A stretch of 64,000 nt of DNA from Kordia sp. (GCF_050633145.1 NZ_JBOEFY010000037.1:7648-71647), one strand, 5' to 3'; positions 28,046 to 37,858 are shown, counted from the first letter of the stretch. Made by a program: numbers and translations. The notes: generated by a model from the sequence alone, not told the origin.

Positions 28046-29003
28046 TGATGAAATCTGTAAATAGTTTATAGAATTTATCTGCTTCTTCCAAGTATGGATT
28101 GTGCCCACTTTGCTCAAACATTACAAATTTGGCTTGTGGCATAAATTGCTTGTATTGCACTGCAAATTCTGGCGTAGAAACACCATCATAACGACCTGCA
28201 ACGATTAAGGTTTTTGCTTTTATATTTTTTAATTCTTTTCGATAATCTTGATAGATCATACTTCCAGAAACATCAAAATCGCCATCTTTTCCAATGATAG
28301 AAACATATACATCATTTGCCCAACCTCTATGTTTTTCTTTTGGCGAATTTTGCTTCAGTTTTGTGTTGTGATAGTATACATATTTGGTTGGAAAACTTCC
28401 GTAGACTTTCATAAATTCAGGATCGCTTGAAACATATCCTAACGCACGTAATGAATCTACTTTTTTCCATTTTTCAGGAAAGTGTGTTTTTGCATAACGA
28501 TTGTAACTATCGCAGTTTGCTTGCCACATAGCACCACTGTGAAAACCATTAATCAACACCATTTTGTCAACATTGTCTTTGTATTTGATGGCGTATGCTT
28601 GCGCAGGAACAGTTCCGTACGAATGTCCTACCAAAGAGATTTTTTTGAATTTTAAGAGTTTGCGAAGTTTTTCAATGAGTTCAACATCATTTTCCACTGA
28701 ATATTCAGATGGGTTTTTAGCATCATCGCTTTTACCTCTTCCCAAGAAATCGAAAAACACAACTGTATTGGTTTTGTAGTATTGTCCAAAATTCCCTTGC
28801 ATGTAATCGTGAGAGTTTCCTGGTCCGCCAGGTAAAAAGAAAATTGGATCTCCAGATCCTTTTACTTCTACATTAATTTTGTAACCATCAATGGTGTAGA
28901 ATTTTGATTCGAATTTATCAAAGATATCTGCTTCTTGTTGTGCAAAAGTTGAAGAAGTTGCACCAAATACAAACACTAGTAAAAGACGTGACAATAATTT
29001 CAT
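28038..29003 (-). CDS. Secreted proline-iminopeptidase-like alpha/beta hydrolase
   Basis: Signal peptide, PGGPG oxyanion motif, GHSYG nucleophile, GRYD, SGHNPY. Confidence 0.8.
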   Translation of the reverse strand: MKLLSRLLLVFVFGATSSTFAQQEADIFDKFESKFYTIDGYKINVEVKGSGDPIFFLPGGPGNSHDYMQGNFGQYYKTNTVVFFDFLGRGKSDDAKNPSEYSVENDVELIEKLRKLLKFKKISLVGHSYGTVPAQAYAIKYKDNVDKMVLINGFHSGAMWQANCDSYNRYAKTHFPEKWKKVDSLRALGYVSSDPEFMKVYGSFPTKYVYYHNTKLKQNSPKEKHRGWANDVYVSIIGKDGDFDVSGSMIYQDYRKELKNIKAKTLIVAGRYDGVSTPEFAVQYKQFMPQAKFVMFEQSGHNPYLEEADKFYKLFTDFINE

Positions 29004-29109
29004 AGCTAACAATTTATTGTAAATATAGCTATTTGACTAGAAAAGATGAATTACGTTACAAAGGAAAAGACATATATTAGACTATCCTTTTATTTTTTAT
29101 TGTAAAAAG

Positions 29110-29143
29110 GAATTCCTCAGAAACAATAACTTCCAAGGAATTC
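29110..29143 (-). terminator. Probable terminator of peptide P2
   Basis: gaattcct...aggaattc inverted repeat followed by a T-run on the minus strand. Confidence 0.5.
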
Positions 29144-29206
29144 TATAAAAATAATCAAATGATCAGAATTTCTTCCGATCAGAATTGATCAAAGTTCACT
29201 TATAAA

Positions 29207-29350
29207 TTAGAACGGAGAGCATGAAACAGCTCTGCTACAACTAGGTCTAAAAGTTCCTCTACCACCTTTTACTTGCTCTAATTCATTAATTTTAAAAACA
29301 GAGATTGCTTTTTTATTAAGGCTCAACGATTTAAGATTCTTTTTCTTCAT
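29207..29350 (-). CDS. Double-glycine-leader peptide P2 (47 aa), not in ORF track
   Basis: Manual translation MKKKNLKSLSLNKKAISVFKINELEQVKGG|RGTFRPSCSRAVSCSPF*. Confidence 0.8.
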   Translation of the reverse strand: MKKKNLKSLSLNKKAISVFKINELEQVKGGRGTFRPSCSRAVSCSPF

Positions 29351-29372
29351 TGTATTGATTGTTTAAATATAA

Positions 29373-29402
29373 CCTACTCTATTAAAGGTTTTCGGTTTTC
29401 CC
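29373..29402 (-). promoter_or_regulatory. Conserved 30-nt element upstream of P2 (shared with P4)
   Basis: 27/30 identical to 31874..31903; 22 nt from the start codon. Confidence 0.65.
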
Positions 29403-29476
29403 TTTTAAAATAAACATGCTAGCAATGCTTAAATTCTGACACTAATATCTATGATTTAGAAATTATAGAAAACAAT

Positions 29477-29503
29477 CATATCGCGAGATTAAATAAAATA
29501 GGG
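29477..29503 (-). promoter_or_regulatory. Conserved 27-nt distal element upstream of P2 (shared with P4)
   Basis: catatcgcgagattaaataaaataggg, 23/27 identical to 31979..32005 at nearly the same spacing. Confidence 0.6.
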
Positions 29504-29511
29504 TATAAAAA

Positions 29512-29535
29512 AAGTCTTGTGTAAAAACAAGACTT
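29512..29535 (-). terminator. Terminator of peptide P3
   Basis: aagtcttgt-gtaaaa-acaagactt with T-run on the minus strand. Confidence 0.7.
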
Positions 29536-29561
29536 AAAAAATGGATTTTTATACGTAATTA

Positions 29562-29714
29562 TTACTTAGAATGAGAAGGACAGCCATCTCGAAATGTGAT
29601 GTTATCAAAATCTGTTGGAAGACTCGATCCTCCTTTTATTTCGTTCGTTTTACTTAGGCTCACCTTAGCTATAGTAGTTTTTTTTAGACTAAATTTTAGT
29701 AATTGGTTTTTCAT
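29562..29714 (-). CDS. Double-glycine-leader peptide P3 (50 aa), not in ORF track
   Basis: Manual translation MKNQLLKFSLKKTTIAKVSLSKTNEIKGG|SSLPTDFDNITFRDGCPSHSK*. Confidence 0.72.
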   Translation of the reverse strand: MKNQLLKFSLKKTTIAKVSLSKTNEIKGGSSLPTDFDNITFRDGCPSHSK

Positions 29715-29817
29715 ATTTAAAAGAGTTTTTGTTTTCACTTACTAAATATAGATGCTCACCGAAAAATAGCGAAATCATTATACCCTATTTTCTTTAAAAT
29801 AGGGTCATTTTTAGCTT

Positions 29818-31434
29818 TTAGAAAATTTCTATTTTATTCAGTTCTTTTATGTAGTAAGATGGATTCAATCCTGTTTTGTTTTTAAAATGTTTTACGAAAG
29901 AATCGTCGGTTTTATATCCTATTTCAGTTGCAATACCTTTTATAGAAAATGATCTGAATTTCTTATCGTTTTTTAATCTTTTTAAAACATATTCAATTCG
30001 TAGCTCATTGATATAATCACTAAAAGTTTTTCCTTTTTCATTATTGATTATCTGTGACAAATAAGTAACATTCGTTTTTGTTTTTTTAGCGACAGAAGTC
30101 AAGTTACAATTCGATTTCAAAAAGTATTCCTGCACTTCCAGTTTGTGTAATCGCCCAATAATTGCTTTGAGAGTAGCATCATCAATTGGAATATTTTTGA
30201 TTTGTTTTTTTGATTTTTTTTGAAATGTTACTTTTTCGTCTTCTTCTAGTGTTGAAATTTTTTCTAGAAGTGTTTTAAATGTTGCTTGATTCGTTTGCTG
30301 CTTTTTAACGTATAAGATGAGCGTTAACAAAAATGCAGAAGTAGCTATTATAATTCCCCATAACATATAATTTATGGTTTGTTTATCTTCTTTTTCTTGA
30401 TTTTGCAATGCAACGATTTGGACTAAAAATTTTTCACTGTCTTTATCATGAAATTTATTCGTTGCGATATCTTTTTTGCGACTTGCCGTATTTTTAATTT
30501 CTATAACTTTATTCAACAAAATAGTAGCTTCCTTATAGTTTCCTTTTTTCGAATAACATTGTGCCAATAGATTGTGCGTGTTTATTACATTATCTTTTTC
30601 TAAATCTTCATCTTTTATATAAGCCATTGAATTCAATAAATACTGAATTGCTTCATCATATTTTTGAAGATCATAAAAGCAAAGCGCTATTGCATAATTT
30701 GTATTTACTGTTGGGAAGAAAGGACTTGCTATGTTGTTTTTTTTTATGATTGTTTCTGCTTTAAATAGACATTCAAATGCTAGTTCCCATTTTTTTTGAT
30801 GTCTATAAAATTTTCCTTTTTTTATGTATAAGTCAACAAGTCCCTCTTGAAAGTGTAGTTTTTTAGCTAGTGCAATTCCTTTTTTTATATGTGGAAACAT
30901 TGCTTCGTAATTCCCTTGCGCCATATAAGCATCACATATAGTTGTCAATACGCGCACATGGTTTTTTTTACCTTTAAAAGTAGCTTTGTCGATTAAGGTT
31001 AATGCATACACGGAAAAATCTACAGCCTTATCTTCTTTATTGATAGAAGGTAAAAAAGCTATTAGACCAGAATATGCAATTAATTCTTGATCTATGTTTT
31101 TATTCTTTTTTGCAATAGTCAAAGCATTGTAGTAAGCTTCTATAGCTTTTTCGTTTTTCCAACTGAAGTAATATGAATTCCCAAGTTTCATGTGGGCTTT
31201 AAACAGTAAGTCTTCATCTTTTATTTCTTCTGCTATCTCGATAGCTTTTACGAAATAGGATATACTGTTTACATAGTTTTCTTTTTTTTGCAATGCATTG
31301 CCTACATCTAGATATTGTTGTACCGTTTGCCCTTTAGTTTCTTTAATAGTATGCGCCTGCTGTGGGAATGAATAATGTCCTACTAAAAAGAAAATAATTC
31401 CTATGAGAATAACTGGTGCTTTTTGTGTATTCAT
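29818..31434 (-). CDS. Membrane-spanning one-component sensor: signal peptide-TPR-TM-AraC HTH
   Basis: Hydrophobic N-terminus, TPR helices, TM YMLWGIIIATSAFLLTLILYV, AraC LTSVAKKTKTNVTYLSQIIN..FSDYINELRI..IATEIGYK. Confidence 0.88.
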   Translation of the reverse strand: MNTQKAPVILIGIIFFLVGHYSFPQQAHTIKETKGQTVQQYLDVGNALQKKENYVNSISYFVKAIEIAEEIKDEDLLFKAHMKLGNSYYFSWKNEKAIEAYYNALTIAKKNKNIDQELIAYSGLIAFLPSINKEDKAVDFSVYALTLIDKATFKGKKNHVRVLTTICDAYMAQGNYEAMFPHIKKGIALAKKLHFQEGLVDLYIKKGKFYRHQKKWELAFECLFKAETIIKKNNIASPFFPTVNTNYAIALCFYDLQKYDEAIQYLLNSMAYIKDEDLEKDNVINTHNLLAQCYSKKGNYKEATILLNKVIEIKNTASRKKDIATNKFHDKDSEKFLVQIVALQNQEKEDKQTINYMLWGIIIATSAFLLTLILYVKKQQTNQATFKTLLEKISTLEEDEKVTFQKKSKKQIKNIPIDDATLKAIIGRLHKLEVQEYFLKSNCNLTSVAKKTKTNVTYLSQIINNEKGKTFSDYINELRIEYVLKRLKNDKKFRSFSIKGIATEIGYKTDDSFVKHFKNKTGLNPSYYIKELNKIEIF

Positions 31435-31610
31435 ATATTAAATGGAAAAAGAAAACTTCATATTTAGTACAAAGTAACTATATTAATTTTAGAACCATTA
31501 ATCGTATAGAATTTCGATTTGATTTTAGCAGCTCCTTGTTTCCTAAAAAATATACTTCAACAAAGCAAAAAATTTCTGGTATACACCATTCCATTCATTA
31601 TTTTTCACAT

Positions 31611-31646
31611 AAAAAAAGAGTTGAAGCAAACACTCCAACTCTTTTT
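31611..31646 (-). terminator. Terminator of peptide P4
   Basis: aaaagagttg...caactctttt with T-run on the minus strand. Confidence 0.7.
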
Positions 31647-31685
31647 CAACAGATAAAAGTCGTAACTCAATATCTGTTTATTTAA

Positions 31686-31850
31686 TTACCCACAAGCTAT
31701 TGCACCTGTTGCGCAAAAAATATCTGTTGGTGGCTCACCATTTCTACATTCAGTAACCGTATTAAATATACTTCCTCCTGTAATTTTATTAGCATGAAAA
31801 TTAGAGATTACTTCTTTGTTGATCTGTAACTTTTTTAATGACTTTTTCAT
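31686..31850 (-). CDS. Double-glycine-leader peptide P4 (54 aa), not in ORF track
   Basis: Manual translation MKKSLKKLQINKEVISNFHANKITGG|SIFNTVTECRNGEPPTDIFCATGAIACG*. Confidence 0.8.
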   Translation of the reverse strand: MKKSLKKLQINKEVISNFHANKITGGSIFNTVTECRNGEPPTDIFCATGAIACG

Positions 31851-31873
31851 CGTTTTATGTTTTAAGAATGTTG

Positions 31874-31903
31874 CCTACTCTAATAAAGGTTTTCGGCTTC
31901 CCC
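31874..31903 (-). promoter_or_regulatory. Conserved 30-nt element upstream of P4
   Basis: cctactctaataaaggttttcggcttcccc, 23 nt from the start codon; second copy of 29373..29402. Confidence 0.65.
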
Positions 31904-31978
31904 GTATTTGAAATTGAAAACAATTGTCCTTTGATTTCGAATACGAATGTCAGTTATTAAAGCATCAAAAAAAAGGAA

Positions 31979-32005
31979 CATATCACGACTTTAAACAAAA
32001 TAGGG
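31979..32005 (-). promoter_or_regulatory. Conserved 27-nt distal element upstream of P4
   Basis: catatcacgactttaaacaaaataggg; second copy of 29477..29503. Confidence 0.6.
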
Positions 32006-32305
32006 CAAGTCATTAATTTAGAGTTTCAAGAATGGTAAAAGCGATCATTCTTAATTAAAAATAAGGTCTTTTTAAAGAAGTTAAAAATAGATTTTTACAT
32101 ACAAAAAATACAGTTAAATGACTGAAAAACAAATATTTACACCTAACAACATAAAAACAATTGCTATTTAAATAATTGCTTTAATTTAAAAAAAATAGGG
32201 TTTATCAGCACACACAAATTTAAATGATTTAGGGTTTGCTTTTTTTACTTTATATGGTACTTTTTAGATAAGAAATGAAATAGCTTTAACGAGATTAAAA
32301 AACAT

Positions 32306-32330
32306 AAAAAAATCCGCTCTAAGGCGGATT
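32306..32330 (-). terminator. Terminator after flotillin gene
   Basis: aatccgc-tctaag-gcggatt with T-run on the minus strand. Confidence 0.75.
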
Positions 32331-32350
32331 CTTCTATATTTTTAGTTTGA

Positions 32351-33808
32351 TTATTTTTCTTCTGAATCATCTGAAGATTCTACTTCAGTTGCAGGAATTT
32401 CTTTTGTTACATCTTTACCTTTTAAATATTCTGGTAATTCCATTCCTGCCATGTTGAACATTTCCTGTAATGGCGGAACTGCTTTGTACATTCCCGAAAT
32501 AAAGTTGGACGTAGATGTTTTACCATCTTTTCCTCCACCATTTTCCCAAACGGTAACTTTATCAATCTTGATGTTTTTAATAGCTTCTGCTTGTGTTTTT
32601 ACCAATTCAGGTAATTTATCAGCAACTAATAACAATACTGCATCTTTTGAGTTGTTTCCAGCTGCTTTTACAATTTGCTCCAAACCAGCCGCTTGTTTCG
32701 TTAATACTTCAAATTGACCTTGTGCTTCTGCTTGTGCTTTAAATAAGATTGCATCAGCTTCACCTTTTGCTTTTCTACGAATACGTTCTGCTTCTGCTTC
32801 TGCGTCAATTTCTACTTTACGTTTGTCAATTTCGGCAGGTACAATAATATCGGCTTGTTGCGATGAACGCTCTCTTTCTGCTCTGGCAACTTCCGCTTCA
32901 CGCTCTGCTGCGTACGATTCTTCTAAGGCTTTTGCTGCTTGTACTTTTTCAGATGCAATTGCCACACGTTCTGCTTCTGCTTCACGCTGTCTACGTAAAG
33001 AATCAGAGTTTGCTACTTCAATTTTCGCGGTATTTTCTCCATCAACTGCTTTTGCATTTGCGGCTGCTACTTGTGTACGTTCATCCTGTAAAGCGTTTGC
33101 CTCACCAATAGAACCATCTCTGTTTTTCTCTGCAACCGATTTACGAGCTGCGTTAATTGCGTGTGCTGCAGCTTCTTTACCAAGTGCTTCAATATATCCC
33201 GATTCGTCAACAATATCGGTAATGTTTACGTTGATCAGTTTTAAACCTACTTTCTTTAATTCTGATTCAACACTTTGAGAAATGTTTGTTAAGAATTTAT
33301 CTCTATCAGAGTTAATTTCTTCGATATCCATTGAAGCTACTACCAAACGTAACTGACCAAAGATAATTTCTTGTGCTAGTTCTTGAATTTCATGTTGTCC
33401 TAATCCAAGTAAACGTTCTGCTGCATTTTGCATTACTCCTGGTTCTGTTGAGATACCAATGGTAAATCGAGAAGGTACATTTACACGAATATTTTGCTTA
33501 CTTAAAGCGTTGACTAGGTTTACTTCTATTGAAATTGGTGTTAAGTCTAAGAATTCGTAATCTTGTATAACTGGCAATATAAATGCTGCACCACCATGAA
33601 TACATTTGGCAGATTCTCCGCCTCCAACTTTTCCGTATACTACTAAGATCCTGTCTGATGGACAACGTTTGTATCTACGAATAAATACAGTGATTAATAA
33701 AAAGATAAAGAGTCCTACAGCGACTAATGTTATTAGTCCAGACATCTCTCCAATAGAACCCCCACTAATATTATTAGGATCCTGCAATAAGAGAAGCGCT
33801 TTTGTCAT
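32351..33808 (-). CDS. Flotillin (SPFH/Band 7) protein
   Basis: RYKRCPSDRILVVYG, GGAAFILPV, AAERLL, Ala/Glu-rich coiled coil. Confidence 0.92.
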   Translation of the reverse strand: MTKALLLLQDPNNISGGSIGEMSGLITLVAVGLFIFLLITVFIRRYKRCPSDRILVVYGKVGGGESAKCIHGGAAFILPVIQDYEFLDLTPISIEVNLVNALSKQNIRVNVPSRFTIGISTEPGVMQNAAERLLGLGQHEIQELAQEIIFGQLRLVVASMDIEEINSDRDKFLTNISQSVESELKKVGLKLINVNITDIVDESGYIEALGKEAAAHAINAARKSVAEKNRDGSIGEANALQDERTQVAAANAKAVDGENTAKIEVANSDSLRRQREAEAERVAIASEKVQAAKALEESYAAEREAEVARAERERSSQQADIIVPAEIDKRKVEIDAEAEAERIRRKAKGEADAILFKAQAEAQGQFEVLTKQAAGLEQIVKAAGNNSKDAVLLLVADKLPELVKTQAEAIKNIKIDKVTVWENGGGKDGKTSTSNFISGMYKAVPPLQEMFNMAGMELPEYLKGKDVTKEIPATEVESSDDSEEK

Positions 33809-34391
33809 AATTTTTTTTGTTTATTGGTTGAACGATTAATATTCCGGTTCCTGTAATTTCCGTTACTTCTACTACAGTTCCTGTTTTGAGTGTTTCTTCA
33901 CTATCTGCAAGTGCATCCAATTCGCGCAAAGCGCCTTGAATATTGACATGAACTTTTCCAATTTTGGAACGATTGGCACCTATGGTTAAGTATACTTCTC
34001 CCACGTTTCCAATAGCGTTTTCAAGCTTGAGTGTTCCACTACTTACTAGTTTGTTAATGTAGTAAATAAGTGTTGCCATCACAACCATCATTGCGAGTCC
34101 AGCTAGTGATGATATTAAAATAGTCACACCTTTTCCGTAACCTGCATTGATAGATGAAATTCCTGCCCAACTAAATATGGTAAAGAAAGCCACTAAATTT
34201 TTGAACGTAAAGAATTGAAACCCAATTCCTGTATCGCTTTCTATATCGGAATCTACGTCGCCATCAGCGCCATCTGCATCACCTATTAAGAATGTAGTGA
34301 TAAGTACAAATACAAAAATCGTTGATGATATTGCAGCGATGACCCAATACGACTTTTCAAAAGTTGTTAATGCTGAAAACCAATCTTCCAT
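33774..34391 (-). CDS. NfeD-like partner of flotillin
   Basis: TM helices then OB-fold GNVGEVYLTIGA..GKVHV..ELDA; directly upstream of flotillin. Confidence 0.85.
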   Translation of the reverse strand: MEDWFSALTTFEKSYWVIAAISSTIFVFVLITTFLIGDADGADGDVDSDIESDTGIGFQFFTFKNLVAFFTIFSWAGISSINAGYGKGVTILISSLAGLAMMVVMATLIYYINKLVSSGTLKLENAIGNVGEVYLTIGANRSKIGKVHVNIQGALRELDALADSEETLKTGTVVEVTEITGTGILIVQPINKKNYDKSASLIAGS

Positions 34392-34434
34392 AGCATACGG
34401 TTTTAATGTGTTATTTTATTTATTTGTTGAATTT

Positions 34435-35601
34435 TTAGTCTTTGGTTAGCAATACTGAAACAGCGTTTCCTCCAAATCCGACCGCATTGACTAAAATTTT
34501 GTTTAGTTGTTTCGGTATTTTTCCTTTTCCAAGATACGGAATTGATATGAATTGTTGTTGCTGTATCATGAGAATTGCTAATTCTACACTTAACATTCCT
34601 GAAGCTCCAAAAGTGTGACCTATTTTCCACTTATTCGTAGTCAGACTTGGCATTTTGTTACAAAATATTTTTTTGATTGCTTGAAATTCTGCTAAATCAC
34701 CTTTAATTGTTCCTGGTGCATGTAGCACAATTGCATCTACTTCTTCGGTTGAATGTCCTTGTAATGCCATACGCATCGATTTTTCAAAACAGATACCTTC
34801 TGCCGAAATGGATGTGTTGTGTTTTAAAATTTCTGTAGCATAACCAATTCCTCTAATTTTTGCCAATGCATTTGGTTTTTCACCTTTTTCCATACAGATT
34901 GAAGCAGCTCCTTCACCCAAAATCATAGTGTTTCGGTTTTTTTCTAAGTCTAACGACAAACAAGGAAAATTTGCTTCTTTTTTTGCATATATATGCAAAG
35001 CTTGCATTTGCGCAATGGTAAATGGTGTTAGTGGCGCTTCACTTCCTCCTACCAAAAATTTCTCTGTCATTCCCGACTGCAGCCAAGCAATTCCGTTTAA
35101 CAACGCATGTAATGCTGTAGAACAAGTAATGGAATGTGATATTTGCGGTCCTGTAGTTTGCAAATCGTGTGCAACCCAAGACGAAATATTTCCTAAAGTA
35201 GTTGTTGGTGAACTTAGCGTTTCTGCATATTTATTTTCTAAGAAATCTTGATGATATTTTTCAAAAAGTGATGTAGCACCTCTAGACGAACCTATGTTTA
35301 TTCCGAAGTTGTTTTCATCATTCCAAGCAGCATTTTTAATAGCAATTCGTGAAGCTACTATTGCGTACAACACACTATTATCAAGGTTTTTATATTTTGA
35401 ATTGGAATTTTTTAATGCTTCAACCCCCGCTTTTGCCGTTGTGGAAAGTCGCGCTGTATTCACATATTCATTTTGAATTGTTTCAGTCTGAAAACAATGA
35501 AAATTAGTTGTATAATGTTCCCAAATTTCGGCTTGTGTACTTCCCAATGGAGATACCGAACCCAAGCCAGTTATTGAAATACAGTCATGCATCATAATCA
35601 T
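34435..35601 (-). CDS. Beta-ketoacyl synthase (FabF/FabB-like)
   Basis: GLGSVSPLG, SITCSTALHA (Cys), VLHAPGT and KIGHTFGASG (His-His), NAVGFGGNA. Confidence 0.85.
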   Translation of the reverse strand: MIMMHDCISITGLGSVSPLGSTQAEIWEHYTTNFHCFQTETIQNEYVNTARLSTTAKAGVEALKNSNSKYKNLDNSVLYAIVASRIAIKNAAWNDENNFGINIGSSRGATSLFEKYHQDFLENKYAETLSSPTTTLGNISSWVAHDLQTTGPQISHSITCSTALHALLNGIAWLQSGMTEKFLVGGSEAPLTPFTIAQMQALHIYAKKEANFPCLSLDLEKNRNTMILGEGAASICMEKGEKPNALAKIRGIGYATEILKHNTSISAEGICFEKSMRMALQGHSTEEVDAIVLHAPGTIKGDLAEFQAIKKIFCNKMPSLTTNKWKIGHTFGASGMLSVELAILMIQQQQFISIPYLGKGKIPKQLNKILVNAVGFGGNAVSVLLTKD

Positions 35602-35749
35602 ATAAATTGAGACTGCTAATATCGTAAGAAATGTGATGATTTGCTAACATTTATAGACTGTAAGTTGGAGAAATTATGATTGTTTTTACACCTATAAAAA
35701 GTTAGATATTATATCTTGTATTTTTTTATGTGAAATTAAATTACCCTTA

Positions 35750-37450
35750 ATGAATATTTCTAAAATTTCTTTGTTACTTATTTTACTTCCTTTTTGGGTT
35801 TTGGCTAATAATCAAGATTCCCTTTCTATTTTTAAAGAGAAAAACCTTTCGCAGCAACATACATATATTAAGGAACGATTAAATTCCGTAAAAAATATAG
35901 ATACTTATATTACTGCTTTTTCAGATAAAGCAAGAGGACAAAAAGACACACTTTATATTGCCAAATCGTATTATTTTAAATATCGCACCTACAGAAAAGC
36001 AAAAGCATATTCAGAAGCACATTCGGCAATTGACAAAGCCATTTTACTTGCAAAGAGCAGCAAGAAAGATTCATTATTAGGTTCTTTTTTTCATGCCAAA
36101 GGCGCTACTTTTTATATGCAGTCTAATTTTAAGGCTGCATTGGATTACTATTTAAAAGCGTATGACATTATGCGTACTAAAAGCTCAATTAGTAAATTAT
36201 TGACACTAAAATTTAATATTGCAGTAATGAAACTAAGAGTAGGAAAAACGCAAGAAGCATCTCTTCAATTTTATAAGATTATCCACTCGTACGATTCGCT
36301 ACTCAGTACAAAACCCAATTCATATGCTTTGAAAAAAAATTTTATTATAATGCTCAATAATACAGCGAAAGCCCGTACTGACTTAGCTATGTACGAGCAC
36401 GCAATTGAGTTGTATTCAAGAAGTCTTTTATTGAACGAAACTATTAATTATCTTCCTGCGAAGTGTATTGCTATTGGCGGGAAAGGAAATGTATATACCG
36501 CAGAAAAAAAATATGAGAAAGCTATTGAAAAACTAAACGAAGCATTAGCAATTTCAACTAAAGACAAAGAATCAGACTTAGTTACTCCTTATTTATTACT
36601 CGATAAAGGAAAATGCCTATTTGGATTAAAAAAATATAAAGAAGCCTTAGAAAATTTCGTAGAAATAGATCGTATCATACAAACTAAAAAACTGAATTTC
36701 CCAAACTTAGACGAAGCATATCAATTTCTTGGAAAAACGTATGTTCAATTGGGAAATCATGAAAAAGCGACGGAGGTCTATGACCAGTATATTAAACGAA
36801 AAAAGCTAAATGATGAAAAACGCTTTGAGTTGTATCAAACTATTTTTGAAGGATATGATTTGAAGAATGTAGAATATCGTGCCGAGAAAGCTGCAAAAGA
36901 GTCCAATTTATTTAAAAGCTACTTTACACAAGCAATTCTAGCAATTATACTTTTAATTATTTCTGCAATTGCCTTCTTTATGTATTATAGAAATAAGCAA
37001 AAACAAAAGTTTACAAAGTTTCATGCACTTATTAAAGAGTTAAAAACGACAGAGGTCAAGGATGTAGAAACCGTTCCTACTGGTTATGTATTATCGGACG
37101 AAAAAGCTTCTAAAATATTGAACAACTTGGAAGTTTTGGAAACGAAGTTATTTTTTCTTGATAAGAAATACAACCTTTCCACCTTGGCAAAAAAGTGTAA
37201 TACTAATTCGAGTTATTTATCTCAAGTGATTAATAAATATAAAGAGAAGACTTTTTCAGAATATATGACTGATATGCGTATTACTTATGTTTTAAATGCG
37301 TTAAAAAATGATAAAAAATTACGCTCGTACACCATTCAATCTATTGCAGAAGAAATTGGTTTTAAGAAATCAGAATCGTTTGCAAAGGCTTTTAAAAAAC
37401 GAACAGGATTTAATCCTTCTTATTATATTAAAAATCTTGACAAGCTTTAG
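35750..37450 (+). CDS. Membrane-spanning one-component sensor: signal peptide-TPR-TM-AraC HTH
   Basis: MNISKISLLLILLPFWVLA signal, TPR repeats, TM AILAIILLIISAIAFFMYY, AraC LSTLAKKCNTNSSYLSQVIN..IAEEIGFK. Confidence 0.88.
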   Translation: MNISKISLLLILLPFWVLANNQDSLSIFKEKNLSQQHTYIKERLNSVKNIDTYITAFSDKARGQKDTLYIAKSYYFKYRTYRKAKAYSEAHSAIDKAILLAKSSKKDSLLGSFFHAKGATFYMQSNFKAALDYYLKAYDIMRTKSSISKLLTLKFNIAVMKLRVGKTQEASLQFYKIIHSYDSLLSTKPNSYALKKNFIIMLNNTAKARTDLAMYEHAIELYSRSLLLNETINYLPAKCIAIGGKGNVYTAEKKYEKAIEKLNEALAISTKDKESDLVTPYLLLDKGKCLFGLKKYKEALENFVEIDRIIQTKKLNFPNLDEAYQFLGKTYVQLGNHEKATEVYDQYIKRKKLNDEKRFELYQTIFEGYDLKNVEYRAEKAAKESNLFKSYFTQAILAIILLIISAIAFFMYYRNKQKQKFTKFHALIKELKTTEVKDVETVPTGYVLSDEKASKILNNLEVLETKLFFLDKKYNLSTLAKKCNTNSSYLSQVINKYKEKTFSEYMTDMRITYVLNALKNDKKLRSYTIQSIAEEIGFKKSESFAKAFKKRTGFNPSYYIKNLDKL

Positions 37451-37459
37451 TTTATTAAT

Positions 37460-37477
37460 CTATTTTCATAAAAATCG
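37460..37477. promoter_or_regulatory. 18-bp palindromic box copy 1 (CGATTTTYATRAAAATCG)
   Basis: ctattttcataaaaatcg, 17/18 match, 70 nt before P5 start. Confidence 0.65.
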
Positions 37478-37547
37478 ATTATAAACACTGGGATTCGGTT
37501 TTAGAATTAACGTACTTTCTACTATCATTAATCTTAAAACTAATAGT

Positions 37548-37739
37548 ATGAAAAGTAGATTTCACAAAAAATTAAACCTTAAAAAAGTTACCATTTCTAA
37601 ATACATTATTCTTGGCGGTTCAGCAACTCCTGATAGTGAATCGGTTCCTACACAATCTAGCGCATATCTTGAACCAACAGAATTACCTGTACTGGATGAG
37701 AATTTGACAATTAGTGGCCATCAACAAACGTGCATGTAA
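37548..37739 (+). CDS. Double-glycine-leader peptide P5 (63 aa, acidic core)
   Basis: MKSRFHKKLNLKKVTISKYIILGG|...SSAYLEPTE...TCM. Confidence 0.8.
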   Translation: MKSRFHKKLNLKKVTISKYIILGGSATPDSESVPTQSSAYLEPTELPVLDENLTISGHQQTCM

Positions 37740-37767
37740 ACACATATATCTTGGTTAAAATCTAGTA

Positions 37768-37785
37768 CGATTTTTATAAAAATCG
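37768..37785. promoter_or_regulatory. 18-bp palindromic box copy 2
   Basis: cgatttttataaaaatcg, 18/18 match, 73 nt before P6 start. Confidence 0.7.
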
Positions 37786-37858
37786 ATTATAAGTATTGGG
37801 AATGTTTAGAGAAATTGAGTTTCTTCACATTATAATAATTAACTCTAAAACTTGTATT

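Noticed and set aside
29373-29402. Shared GGGAAAACCGAAAACC element as a known riboswitch (e.g. c-di-GMP)
   Set aside because: Too short, too close to the start codon, and the required paired stems could not be built by eye
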